Assembly: GCA_016187515.1 (NCBI GenBank)
Contig: JACPJN010000006.1
Location: forward strand, 128,856 to 192,855
Reading direction: 5' to 3'
Length of the DNA: 64,000 nt
DNA from: Candidatus Uhrbacteria bacterium
GTDB taxonomy: Bacteria > Patescibacteriota > Patescibacteriia > GWA2-47-26
The stretch's first letter is position 1, and each line of letters starts with the position of its first letter. The position numbers were made by a program, and so were the translations under genes. Below, one piece after another: positions 37,309 through 46,803 of this stretch. The notes under the pieces were generated by a model. That model was not told the origin of the DNA. It worked only from the letters and a program-made list of their open reading frames with translations, and did not search any database.

Positions 37309-39084
37309 ATGAAAGGCGTTATTTTGGCGGGCGGCTCCGGGAGCCGGCTCATGCCCAACACTAAAGTCACCAACAAACACCTGCTGCCGGTTTACAATAA
37401 ACCGATGATTTATTACGCGATTGAGACGCTCCTGCGCGCCGGCATTCGCGATATTCTTATTTTACCCGGAAAAGAACAAGCCGGCGGGTTTGCTCAACTG
37501 CTCGGATCCGGGTCGGATTTTAACGCCAACTTTACTTACCGCGTGCAAGACAGCGCCTCCGGGCTCGCCTACGCGGTCGGCCTGGCCGAGCCGTTTGTTG
37601 GCCAGGATTGTTTTATGGTCGTCTTTGGCGACAATATTATTCTTGACGATCTTACCCGCGACGTTGCCGAATTTAAAGCCGGCGCGAAAGTATTTCTCAC
37701 TAAGGTTCCGGACCCTTCGCGGTATGGTATCGCCGAACTGGCGGGAGAGAAAGTCGTGCGCATTATTGAAAAACCGACCAACCCGCCCTCGGACTGGGCC
37801 GTAGTGGGCGCTTATCTTTATGACGGGCGGGCTTTTGAATTTATCCGGGGACTCACGCCCTCCGCCCGCGGGGAGCTGGAAATTACCGATCTTAATAATA
37901 AGTACATCGACTCCGGGGCCATGCAAGCCGGATTTCTTAAAGAACCCTGGTTTGACGCCGGCACCCATGAATCCCTGGTTGAGGCGGCCGCCGCGATCCG
38001 CGATATGCGCCGTCCGGTTGAACGCATCAAAACCGTAAACTCGCCGGCGCCCAAAGTGGCCGCCGGAGTTATTCTGGCAAACTCGCGCGCGTATCTGCCT
38101 AAATTTTTTGAGACGCTCCGCGCGCAAGATTACCGAAATCTCGAGCTGATTGCCTTTGACAGTAATACCGAAACCGAAAATGAAGACCTCGCTTTTATTA
38201 AAGCCAATTTTCCGGAGGTAACCATACTGCGCGCCGCCGCTCCAGCAGGAACCTCTGCCGCGCATAACCAAATCATTCAGCAGGCGGCGCTGCAGAACGC
38301 GGAATTCTATCTTACTCTGCACCCCGAGATGATTCTGGAGCAAAATTTTGTTTCTGAACTGGTCAACACCGCGCTCCGTGATCCGCAGTGCGCCGCAGTA
38401 GGCGGAAAACTCAAGCAATGGCACCTATTTAGCGAGCGCGCCTACGGCGGAGCCGGGACGACCAACTTTCTGGAAAGCACGGGGGTATTGATCACGCGCG
38501 AACATCGTTTTATCAACCGCGGAGAAGGAGAAATTGATCATGGCCAATATGACCAGGATTGCGCAGTGTTCGGGGTCAGCGGAACTGCGGCGCTCTACCG
38601 CATTTCCGCGTTAAAATCCATCGCGTTTATCAATGAATCCGGCCGCGCCGAATATTTTGATGAACTCCTGATCTTTAAATACAAGGAAGACGTGGATGTG
38701 GCGTATCGGCTGCAACTGGCCGGATACCGCGCGCTGTACAACCCCCGCGCGGTGGCTTACCACGACTACACCAGCATCCATCACGGCCGCGGGATGCTCG
38801 CGACCGTCCGCCGGCGGCGGCAAAAAACGCGCCGCTACAAAGAGTGGTCCTTTATCAACCACCATATTATTCTTTCCAAGTATCTGGGCGGTCTTTCCGG
38901 GGGAGTGGTCCGATCCACTTTTCTCTACGAACTCAAAGCGCTGATCTATTCCATCCTGCTTGAACCGTATCTATTGCCGCAATTCCTGCGGCTGGCCAAA
39001 ATGAGCCGCCAAATCGCCCAGCGCAAACTCCAGCTCCAGCGCTACGCGCCGAACTTTACACACATTGAGCGGTGGATGGTGTGA
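37309..39084 (+). CDS. Glucose-1-phosphate thymidylyltransferase (RmlA-like) fused to a GT2 glycosyltransferase domain
   Basis: GVILAGGSGSRL, KHLLPVYNKPMI, SARGELEITD; C-half YKEDVDVAYRL. Confidence 0.88.
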   Translation: MKGVILAGGSGSRLMPNTKVTNKHLLPVYNKPMIYYAIETLLRAGIRDILILPGKEQAGGFAQLLGSGSDFNANFTYRVQDSASGLAYAVGLAEPFVGQDCFMVVFGDNIILDDLTRDVAEFKAGAKVFLTKVPDPSRYGIAELAGEKVVRIIEKPTNPPSDWAVVGAYLYDGRAFEFIRGLTPSARGELEITDLNNKYIDSGAMQAGFLKEPWFDAGTHESLVEAAAAIRDMRRPVERIKTVNSPAPKVAAGVILANSRAYLPKFFETLRAQDYRNLELIAFDSNTETENEDLAFIKANFPEVTILRAAAPAGTSAAHNQIIQQAALQNAEFYLTLHPEMILEQNFVSELVNTALRDPQCAAVGGKLKQWHLFSERAYGGAGTTNFLESTGVLITREHRFINRGEGEIDHGQYDQDCAVFGVSGTAALYRISALKSIAFINESGRAEYFDELLIFKYKEDVDVAYRLQLAGYRALYNPRAVAYHDYTSIHHGRGMLATVRRRRQKTRRYKEWSFINHHIILSKYLGGLSGGVVRSTFLYELKALIYSILLEPYLLPQFLRLAKMSRQIAQRKLQLQRYAPNFTHIERWMV

Positions 39085-39153
39085 GAGAAAAAAAAGAAAG
39101 CCCGGGCCGTGCGCACAGGCATTACCAAACAATTAAATTTCGTCAACTGATCA

Positions 39154-39453
39154 CTATTCCGGAATCATTTTTTCTGGATTCAAGAGTCCGCGCACCTTGT
39201 CTCGAATCCCTGCGGTGTTGGTGATGAAACCAAGCAAGGCCTGGTCAGCCCTCACCCCTTCAATCCGTCCGATGAGCTCTGCCGCAGGATAGTCACGGTG
39301 CCCCCCGGGGATGGTGTCAAACCCTTCAAGTACCTCATACAATAGATCAAAACTCGCAGCGCGCGAAACTGCTTCTTTTCTCTCTGGGGTCTGCCAGGCC
39401 TCAACCATGGCTGCCCTGGTCCCTTCTTCTGGTCGCATATTGTTAAACAGCAT
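39154..39453 (-). CDS. Hypothetical protein
   Basis: ORF with a promoter-like element upstream; start uncertain. Confidence 0.55.
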   Translation of the reverse strand: MLFNNMRPEEGTRAAMVEAWQTPERKEAVSRAASFDLLYEVLEGFDTIPGGHRDYPAAELIGRIEGVRADQALLGFITNTAGIRDKVRGLLNPEKMIPE

Positions 39454-39457
39454 TGTA

Positions 39458-39543
39458 TCAATACGTTCCTTTTTGTGTCAAGACCGCCAGCGGGGTTTTA
39501 AGTAAGATGATAAGGTCGAGCTTTAAGGACCAGTGTTCCATGT
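39458..39543 (-). pseudogene. Duplicated 3' end of the sugar transferase gene
   Basis: Encodes MEHWSLKLDLIILLKTPLAVLTQKGTY*; matches 40715-40800. Confidence 0.88.
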
Positions 39544-39554
39544 GTGTTGGAAGT

Positions 39555-39920
39555 TTATGGCACAATACAAATAAGTGTGGGAATTTTTGTAAACTTCTTA
39601 TCGCGAGTTACGAGTGGTGCATGTGCTTGCAATGCAGTGGCTGCGATCACAGCATCCGCAGTGGCTAATGCATAGGTGCGTCGAATATGGGCTGCCTCAC
39701 GTGCAAGGGATGGCGTAAGGTCAAATAAGCTGGCGGATTGGAGGAATACCTCGATTTCTTGGGTGTGCGCCTCGGTGATGGCCGGGTACCCCAGTAATTC
39801 CACCACCACGATCGTAGGAAGTGCAATATCTTCGTCTAATCCCCTCGTATCAATACAATCCATGAGGGCTTGATCGTCACCGAGATATCCTATCACCGCG
39901 TTGGTATCGAGCATGAGCAT
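39555..39920 (-). CDS. VapC-type PIN-domain toxin
   Basis: LDTNAVI, DAVIAATA, LVTRDKKF. Confidence 0.9.
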   Translation of the reverse strand: MLMLDTNAVIGYLGDDQALMDCIDTRGLDEDIALPTIVVVELLGYPAITEAHTQEIEVFLQSASLFDLTPSLAREAAHIRRTYALATADAVIAATALQAHAPLVTRDKKFTKIPTLICIVP

Positions 39921-39939
39921 AACAAAAACTTGCTACTGT

Positions 39940-40185
39940 TCAATGGGAAAGACGCGCATCACTCTCAGCTCGAATTCGCTGCTGATAAGCAAGGGGGTCT
40001 TCGGTAAGTTTGCCCTTAAGGAGTCCACGAAGTTTCCGGAGCGCTTCGTAATTACGAGGAATATGGGGCTCACGGGTTTTACTTACGCCTACCCGCTCCT
40101 TAAGACGATGCAGAAGCCGATCAATTTCATCAAGCTCAAGGCGTAGTTTGTCAGTATCAGTGGTTGTAGAAACAGAATGTTGCAT
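39940..40185 (-). CDS. Putative antitoxin
   Basis: Small ORF directly upstream of the PIN gene; LRGLLKG...DPLAYQQRIRAE. Confidence 0.7.
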   Translation of the reverse strand: MQHSVSTTTDTDKLRLELDEIDRLLHRLKERVGVSKTREPHIPRNYEALRKLRGLLKGKLTEDPLAYQQRIRAESDARLSH

Positions 40186-40294
40186 ATGTTGTTATCATAA
40201 CACGGGCAACTCTTTTTTGTCAAATTTTGAAATTTAAAAAAGCCCCGGCCGACGCGCACGCGATGTGCACACCGAACCAAGACGTAAGGACGAC

Positions 40295-40528
40295 CTATTC
40301 GCGTCGTAGCTTCTCCCATCGCGCCTCATGACGATCCGCGGCGCGCCATTCTAGGAGCGCAACCACGATCCCGCTCAGGGCACAGACGCTCATGAACTTT
40401 GCCAGCGCCCAGGCAAAGTCCGGGTCGATCTGGTGTTTCCGAAGCAGAACGACTTCCCAAGCAATTACGCCAAGCGAAAGGAAGAAAGCCACCATTCCGG
40501 CGATTGCCATGATGCGATGGTGAGACAT
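40295..40528 (-). CDS. Small two-TM hypothetical protein
   Basis: GGAGG SD before MSHHR. Confidence 0.55.
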   Translation of the reverse strand: MSHHRIMAIAGMVAFFLSLGVIAWEVVLLRKHQIDPDFAWALAKFMSVCALSGIVVALLEWRAADRHEARWEKLRRE

Positions 40529-40714
40529 GGGTACCCTCCGATCTAGTTGGCCAGCCTCTTGAGGACTGGAACGAGCAAGTTGGCGATGTAGAGGTACGTA
40601 AGGGCGACGGAAATCTTCCACGCCACATCGAACCATCCTGGCATCGCTCGTTTCTGCGCTGTTCTTGTCATCTTGTCTCCTTGATGTACATCGTAACACA
40701 CAACGAGGCACCTG

Positions 40715-42106
40715 TCAATAAGTGCCTCGTTGTCCCGCGACCGCCAGCGGGGTTTTAAGTAAGATGATGAGGTCGAGCTTTAAGGACCAGTGTTCCATGT
40801 AGTAGGTATCCAAGCGCGTCTCTTCGTCAAACGAAAGATCAGCGCGGCCGGAGATTTGGGCCAGTCCGGTCATTCCGGGATTGATTCTCATAATTTTTTT
40901 CTGATGTTTTTCATACTGCGCAACCTCTTCTGGAAAATGCGGTCGCGGACCCACGAGAGACATTTTCCCCGCCAGCACTAAAAACAACTCCGGCAATTCA
41001 TCAATTGACCACTTGCGGATCAATCGGCCTACAGCCGTGATGCGCGGATCCTCGGTATCTTTGAATTTTACCAGCGGCCCTTTGCGGATATCCAAATGCT
41101 TAAGTTCTTTGTAGCGCATTTCATGGGTATCCGGTTTCATCGAACGAAACTTCACATATTGAAACCTCTTACCGCCCTGGCCCACGCGAGGATACTGAAA
41201 TAATATTGATCCTCGCGAGTCAAGTTTAATTGCCAGCGCGGTAAGGAGCATGATCGGGAAAGTAACAATAATCAAAAGTAACGCGCCGATAATATCAAAA
41301 ATCCGCTTATAAACTCTTCCCCAACCTTCGAGCCGCGTGCGCTTAATTTCCATAAGCGGCACCCCGGCCAGCGTATCAAACTCCAGTCCGGCGCCGTGCG
41401 TTGCCAGTACGTCGGCGGAATAACGAAACGCAAGATGGTACTCGTCGGCAAGATCAAGAATTCTATGCAAATCGTCCCCGCCGTTTTGGGAAAGCGCGAT
41501 AATCTGGTCTAATCCGCCCCGCGCGGCAAGCGCGCGCAACTGAAGTTCAGCATCTTTGTTTAATGTTTCTGCGTGGAATACCACTTTGAGTCCATACTTT
41601 GGATTATGCTTGATCATTCCCAGAAGCGCTTGCGCAGAAGATCCGCGGCCAATCACTGCCACGCACTGAAGTCCTACTCCGGCACGCAAGAGTCCACTGC
41701 GAACCACGCGCAGAATTATCCGAGCCATACTGACAAATACGATCGCAAATCCCCAGGATACTAAAAGAATGAACCGTGATTCAAACAATTCGCGGGAAAA
41801 CACGATTACGGCGAGCACCGCGCCAAGCCCGGCGGTGGAAGCCACCACCACCTTTTTAAACTCCTCCAGTTTTTTGCGTCGGCCAATGGTATACAGACCG
41901 GAAAGCGCGAAAATAATAATCCAGCCAAGCGCAATAAGCGCTGCCGCTTTCAGATACAGCTCAAAGGGCAAATTGAATATCACTGGCCGCCGAGCAACCG
42001 CAAATTCCGCATGACGCAGCGCATAAGCTGCAAGCGCGGCCAAAAGCAACGCCGCATAATCCAGAGGGACGAGAATCGTCGTAAAAAAGAGATCTAATCT
42101 CCGCAT
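40715..42106 (-). CDS. Undecaprenyl-phosphate sugar phosphotransferase (WcaJ-like)
   Basis: KRIFDI, KFRSM, DPRIT, SIDELP, MSLVGPRP, PGMTGLAQ. Confidence 0.95.
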   Translation of the reverse strand: MRRLDLFFTTILVPLDYAALLLAALAAYALRHAEFAVARRPVIFNLPFELYLKAAALIALGWIIIFALSGLYTIGRRKKLEEFKKVVVASTAGLGAVLAVIVFSRELFESRFILLVSWGFAIVFVSMARIILRVVRSGLLRAGVGLQCVAVIGRGSSAQALLGMIKHNPKYGLKVVFHAETLNKDAELQLRALAARGGLDQIIALSQNGGDDLHRILDLADEYHLAFRYSADVLATHGAGLEFDTLAGVPLMEIKRTRLEGWGRVYKRIFDIIGALLLIIVTFPIMLLTALAIKLDSRGSILFQYPRVGQGGKRFQYVKFRSMKPDTHEMRYKELKHLDIRKGPLVKFKDTEDPRITAVGRLIRKWSIDELPELFLVLAGKMSLVGPRPHFPEEVAQYEKHQKKIMRINPGMTGLAQISGRADLSFDEETRLDTYYMEHWSLKLDLIILLKTPLAVAGQRGTY

Positions 42107-42141
42107 AAATGGTTGTTGTAGTGTATCATTGGTTAGACCGC

Positions 42142-42170
42142 TTGACAAGTACGGCGTAGTATGCTATACT
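42142..42170 (+). promoter_or_regulatory. rnpB promoter
   Basis: TTGACA-N17-TATACT with extended -10 TG. Confidence 0.8.
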
Positions 42171-42177
42171 TGATTTT

Positions 42178-42962
42178 GTACCCTGAAAACCGGATGATCG
42201 CCCCCACACCTATCAGACACAGTGACGCACAGCGTCAAAACAGGACCTAGGTATACAGGTGTTGATGAAAAGCATCGTTTGCCAGTTGAACAAGACAGAC
42301 TTGCTTACTAGTGTCTGAAAGGTGTGGGGGAGGAAAGTCCGAACACCCCAACCAGTGCTTCGCACTGGAAATTCCAAGCACCAAGCACCAAATACCAAAA
42401 AAATCCCAAACTAAAAATTCCAAATCACAAACTTGGAATTTGGGATTTGGAGATTGAATATTGTCTGGAATTTGGAAATTGTGATTTGGGATTTCCAGCG
42501 CGGAGCGCTGGCGGAAGTAGGTACCAGCTAACGGCTGGGCATCCTGCTCGGCATAACACATAAAGCCGGCTGACGGATTAGTGCCACAGAGACAATACTA
42601 CCCCCACACCTATCAGACACTTTGGCGCGAAGCGCCACAAGAGCCTAACCATACGGAAGTTCTTGCTGAATACAACTGCCAGTCGAATAAGACAGGATGT
42701 GCATGTACAAGGTGCCTGAAAGGTGTGGGGGGAAAGGTGAAAAGTGAGGTGGTGTTTATCGCTTAATTCCACTCTAAAGGTGGCGTAAACGAGGAAGCTA
42801 CACCTCTTGCTCCCGAGTAATCGGGATGCGTGGAAAACCCTACCTGGTGCAAGTCGTATAACCGACGCATGAGGCCCCGCGTAAGCGGGGTCCCAGAGAG
42901 ATGATCATCCAGTCCCGCGGACGCGGGACGGACAGAATTCGGCTTACAGGTTTTCTTGGTAC
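42178..42962 (+). ncRNA. rnpB: RNase P RNA with at least three large insertions
   Basis: GAGGAAAGTCC, CCAGCTAACGGCTGG, AGTGCCACAGA, GGTGAAA, AAACCC...GCAAG, ACAGAATTCGGCTTA; paired ends. Confidence 0.92.
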
Positions 42963-42964
42963 GC

Positions 42965-42995
42965 AAAAAGACCCCGCAATCGCGGGGTCTTTTTT
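42965..42995. terminator. Intrinsic terminator after rnpB
   Basis: AAAAAGACCCCGC-AATC-GCGGGGTCTTTTT. Confidence 0.85.
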
Positions 42996-43006
42996 AATCG
43001 TTAAAA

Positions 43007-43321
43007 TTATTTTTCTCGCGCGCCTGCGCGGCGTGCGGCGTATCCGGAAAGCCGGGCTTGTAAAATTTCTCTGCGATCTTTTGCCTGTCGTAATTTATCC
43101 TCAACTTCTGCCAAATGGGCGGCGGCAACTTTTGTAACATCCCCTTGTTCTCTCCCGCGAATATTCGGACTCATTGGTTGCGGTTGCATCATGCGCTCCA
43201 AATTGAGAATTTCCTGTTCAACTCGCGCCAACTCATCCGCCACGCGCGCTTCAGCTTCATCCTCACTCATGCCTCCCCCCTCTACACTCATTACTTTTAG
43301 ATCGCGAGGTGTTTCACCCAT
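43007..43321 (-). CDS. Hypothetical coiled-coil protein
   Basis: ORF only. Confidence 0.6.
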   Translation of the reverse strand: MGETPRDLKVMSVEGGGMSEDEAEARVADELARVEQEILNLERMMQPQPMSPNIRGREQGDVTKVAAAHLAEVEDKLRQAKDRREILQARLSGYAARRAGAREK

Positions 43322-43456
43322 AAATATGAAGTTTATGTCTTATGTTTGCATCTTATCAAATATCCGCTAAATTGTCAAATTAAAGCATCCCTACCGGTTT
43401 CCTTGGTACAATAAAATAACGGCCTTCATGGCCGCTATTTTCATTCTACCTATGAT

Positions 43457-44122
43457 CTATGATATGGTGGCCCGCACTACCCCACGCTGTCTGATCGTTC
43501 CGTCTTCATTCAAAACGGCGGCCTTCACTAAGTCCACGGTTTCGGCCATCAGATGGGGCGAACCACTTTCTTCCGCAAAAAATGCTGCCATGTTCGAATA
43601 CAAGGAATGTAGGGGTACGGCAAATTCTATCTTTCCTCTATCTGGTTGACGAACCGTAACCACCAGCACACCCGGATTATCCCCATGCACCCTGGTGCCC
43701 AAGAAATCCTGTCCCAAAGCTGACTTGAGATACGCATCCAACTTTTTGGGATCATTACGATTTATTCCACCTCTCTCATTGTAAAATGCTCTCCAACCCT
43801 GAAGTAATGCGACGGGAGTTAACACTTCTGCTGGGGGTCGTTCTGGGGGGCGTACTGAAGCAATTCCACTTCTCTCGGCAGGAGGACCGACGGCGAGCGG
43901 CTTGCGAAGATTGTTTAGTATTTGCTCGACACCGTCCCTCACTACCTGTTCTGGTATTTTGCTTAAATCCACCTTAAATAATCGTGCAAAATCATCCCTG
44001 ACCATTCTAACTAATCCTTTAAGCGCCTTTTCCGTCTCCGCCGGACTTGGTTCTGTTTCGCCGACCGGTAACGTATCTTGTTTTATTTCGGGCAGTGGAC
44101 CACCTGATCTTTCGGTTCGCAT
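43457..44122 (-). CDS. Hypothetical protein, paralog of 46130-46741
   Basis: Shared GWRAF.N and VPLHSLYSN motifs. Confidence 0.75.
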   Translation of the reverse strand: MRTERSGGPLPEIKQDTLPVGETEPSPAETEKALKGLVRMVRDDFARLFKVDLSKIPEQVVRDGVEQILNNLRKPLAVGPPAERSGIASVRPPERPPAEVLTPVALLQGWRAFYNERGGINRNDPKKLDAYLKSALGQDFLGTRVHGDNPGVLVVTVRQPDRGKIEFAVPLHSLYSNMAAFFAEESGSPHLMAETVDLVKAAVLNEDGTIRQRGVVRATIS

Positions 44123-44327
44123 AAAATTTAGGCAATTACTACTTATACCCTAATAGCACTCTTTCTCTAAAAAAGTCAAAGGGAAGTGAGTTCTGCTTGC
44201 GCCAACTCCGCTTGCGCTTTATTTTGGGCTGCTTTTGCTTCACGCGCGGCGGCAAGTTTTTCTTTTGGTGATGGGCGTTCTGTCATATATTGTCGCTCCT
44301 ATTCAGGTTATCGAAATATCGTGGTTA

Positions 44328-44573
44328 TTAGGTACTGGCCATGCTTAACCGCATCTCAATCTTGCCCACCCGCTCCTCAACCCGATCTACTTTTGAACGC
44401 AACGCGACCAGTTCCAAATCCAACGTCTCGTGAAGTTTTATGAATCCGTCAATATGGGTCAACATGCGATCTTCGGATGCTTGCATCTCTTCCTTAGTGG
44501 CGGTATGCTCACGCACATAGACATCCAGATCTATGAGTTTGATCAGTATCTTATTTAGTAATTCTTCAGACAT
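44328..44573 (-). CDS. Small coiled-coil hypothetical protein
   Basis: ATKEEM...DRVEERVGKIE. Confidence 0.7.
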   Translation of the reverse strand: MSEELLNKILIKLIDLDVYVREHTATKEEMQASEDRMLTHIDGFIKLHETLDLELVALRSKVDRVEERVGKIEMRLSMAST

Positions 44574-44615
44574 AGGTTTACTTATTTCACTTTTATCATA
44601 TCATCCCTCATGTTT

Positions 44616-44678
44616 TTAGACAAGCCCCATCTTCTTCTTGACCTCCTGAGGGGTTTTTTGTGCCAGTGGTCGGGCGCG
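44616..44678 (-). pseudogene. Diverged trpS 3'-end remnant
   Basis: Encodes RARPLAQKTPQEVKKKMGLV*, versus TrpS KARPIAQKTLEEVKKKMGLT*. Confidence 0.85.
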
Positions 44679-44691
44679 GCGCCGGATGTAA

Positions 44692-44970
44692 TTATATCCG
44701 ATCCATGTATCGGTAAATCCAATGGTGTGGTCCGACAGTCAAAAAATAGATAGTAGTCGTATCCTTAAAACGGAACAATACTCGATAATTTTCGTCAATA
44801 CGGAAACTCCACACCTCTTTAGCTTTAGGGTGGAGTTTTTCGGTATCCAGAGAAGTATGAAACGGATTGGCACGGAATAACGTTTCCCGCCGTTCTGCTT
44901 TCTTTTGAATGTGGAGTGGCAATTCCGAGTAGCGGCGCTCAAATTCCTCCGTATAGAAAATTGTAATCAC
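44692..44970 (-). CDS. RelE/ParE-family toxin
   Basis: NPFHTSLDTEKL, WSFRIDENYRVLF, VGPH. Confidence 0.85.
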   Translation of the reverse strand: MITIFYTEEFERRYSELPLHIQKKAERRETLFRANPFHTSLDTEKLHPKAKEVWSFRIDENYRVLFRFKDTTTIYFLTVGPHHWIYRYMDRI

Positions 44971-44980
44971 ACGGCTACGG

Positions 44981-45187
44981 CTACGCGCGAAGATCGCGGA
45001 GACTTTTTAGCTTTCTGACTCGGCCAGCGCGAATATCTGCCTCCGCACGATCAATACTGGCAATAAATTCATTGCCAAAAAACCCCAAAGAATCAGCCAA
45101 TCGCTCAAAACCATGACGATCCATTTCCACAGAAATCTTTCTGGGGGTTTTCTGAATAATCGTAAGGGGTAGGGTGGTAGTGCTCAT
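44981..45187 (-). CDS. Putative antitoxin
   Basis: SIDRAEADIRAGRV, directly upstream of the toxin. Confidence 0.75.
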   Translation of the reverse strand: MSTTTLPLTIIQKTPRKISVEMDRHGFERLADSLGFFGNEFIASIDRAEADIRAGRVRKLKSLRDLRA

Positions 45188-45254
45188 ATTCTAACTACAG
45201 CGTATCACGCCATGCTTATGATGTCAACCCCGTAGTGAAAGTGCCGAACTTCTA

Positions 45255-45287
45255 CTACAGGGTCAATCCCATTTTCTTTTTCACCTC
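45255..45287 (-). pseudogene. Second trpS 3'-end remnant
   Basis: Encodes EVKKKMGLTL*. Confidence 0.75.
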
Positions 45288-45316
45288 TGTCTTTTTTGGC
45301 GGTAGATTTTTAGCAT

Positions 45317-46087
45317 TCATCCGCCGATCTCTTTGAGCAATCGAATAACGTCATTTCTAAGTCCGACATACTCTTCGTACGCGTTTTCATATGGCTGCAA
45401 TTCTGGTGACCGTTCAAAAGATTCCGGTTTCCTAGCTCGTCTAATCGACTTTTCTTTTGCAAGCGCTTCAACTTGTGGTTCGAGTGCGCGTAAACGCTCT
45501 AGAGCGGAAGAAAGCTCGCTCTGTAAAGTTGCCAGCTTCTCCGGAGACATATCTCCACGATTTTGTATAATCTCGTCGAGTTGTTCTCCCCGTAAACTTA
45601 CCTCTCCACTAGCTCGCATTTTCTTAACATCCTCAGAAGAAAGCTCGCCTTTCAATGCTGCAAGTACTTGCTCAGTGGTCCGTATATGGTCACGTTTAAA
45701 CGAGTCACCCGCTTGCTCCCACTGGGTCTGGAGATATTCTATATCTTCTGGCTTGTCCGGCGCCTTAAAAGCATGGTATGCCCATGTTCTCGCCCTATCT
45801 CGCAATGCTTCCATGCCTACTTTCGTGTCGAGATCGCTGGACTTGTCCTCGCGCCCCACCACCGCCGCCTTCATTTGTGCTTGCAGTTGTTTGCCTTCCT
45901 CCGATACTTGCCGTAAGAATTTTATATGGTCCGATACTCCGGGAGATTTTTTAAGTTCTTCCATAGCCCATTGATCACGGCCCCTAAAATCCCTCCGCAC
46001 TTCTTCCATGGTGCGCTCTGCGCGCTGTCCAACCATCTCTTGTTCTGCACGTTTTTGCATGCGCTCTTGGTCTTCAGGTCTTGACAT
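45317..46087 (-). CDS. Hypothetical helical protein
   Basis: 256-aa ORF, charged; no family recognised. Confidence 0.7.
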   Translation of the reverse strand: MSRPEDQERMQKRAEQEMVGQRAERTMEEVRRDFRGRDQWAMEELKKSPGVSDHIKFLRQVSEEGKQLQAQMKAAVVGREDKSSDLDTKVGMEALRDRARTWAYHAFKAPDKPEDIEYLQTQWEQAGDSFKRDHIRTTEQVLAALKGELSSEDVKKMRASGEVSLRGEQLDEIIQNRGDMSPEKLATLQSELSSALERLRALEPQVEALAKEKSIRRARKPESFERSPELQPYENAYEEYVGLRNDVIRLLKEIGG

Positions 46088-46129
46088 AATTTTAGAGATT
46101 AAATTTTAACTCCCTACTTTCGCCTTTTT

Positions 46130-46741
46130 TCAGTGCACGCTGACCCTAACAAGCCCTCTCTTTTTAACTTCCCCATCCTCAAATTCCGCGGCCTCAAGTA
46201 AATCGTCAACTTCAGCTAACATTAGATTTGTTTTATCGTCTGCCTCAAAATGACTAGCAAAATTGGAATATAAGCTGTGGAGTGGCACTCCAAATATCCT
46301 CATCCTCTGACCCACGCGAACTTGTATTTGGGCAACACCAGGTTGACTATAATCCGGCCGAATACTAACCAAACGATCTCCCAATTTGCTCCGTAGTTCT
46401 TGCTCCAATTTTTTAATATCATTTTGATACCGTCCTTTTTCTGCATTAAAGAACGCTCGCCATCCTGTAAGAATCTCCGTTGGGGTACCTGCTTCTACGG
46501 ATTCGCGGACCTCAGCAGTGCTCCCACCTACATTTCCCAGCTTCGGCATTGTTTCCGTGCGCTTTCCTGAGCTAGCGCGTAACTGGGTCATCATTTCTGC
46601 TAGGCCGCGCTTAATTATCTCGTCTGGAATTGCGTCGTTCGGAATCCCCGCATTCATCGCGAGATACGAACGAATACTCTCCGTGGCTCTACCGCGGAGT
46701 TCTTCAATATAAGCGTCCTCTCCCTCCCTATGTTCTAACAT
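46130..46741 (-). CDS. Hypothetical protein, paralog of 43457-44122
   Basis: GWRAFFN, VPLHSLYSN. Confidence 0.75.
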   Translation of the reverse strand: MLEHREGEDAYIEELRGRATESIRSYLAMNAGIPNDAIPDEIIKRGLAEMMTQLRASSGKRTETMPKLGNVGGSTAEVRESVEAGTPTEILTGWRAFFNAEKGRYQNDIKKLEQELRSKLGDRLVSIRPDYSQPGVAQIQVRVGQRMRIFGVPLHSLYSNFASHFEADDKTNLMLAEVDDLLEAAEFEDGEVKKRGLVRVSVH

Positions 46742-46803
46742 ATGTGGTTATGACTCATTAATTCAGTGTGGATGATTCAGTTGAATATACCAGCTTACCT
46801 TGC

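Noticed and set aside
42201-42731. The two CCCCCACACCTATCAGACAC copies as CRISPR repeats or att sites
   Set aside because: Each is the left end of a self-contained inverted element inside rnpB.
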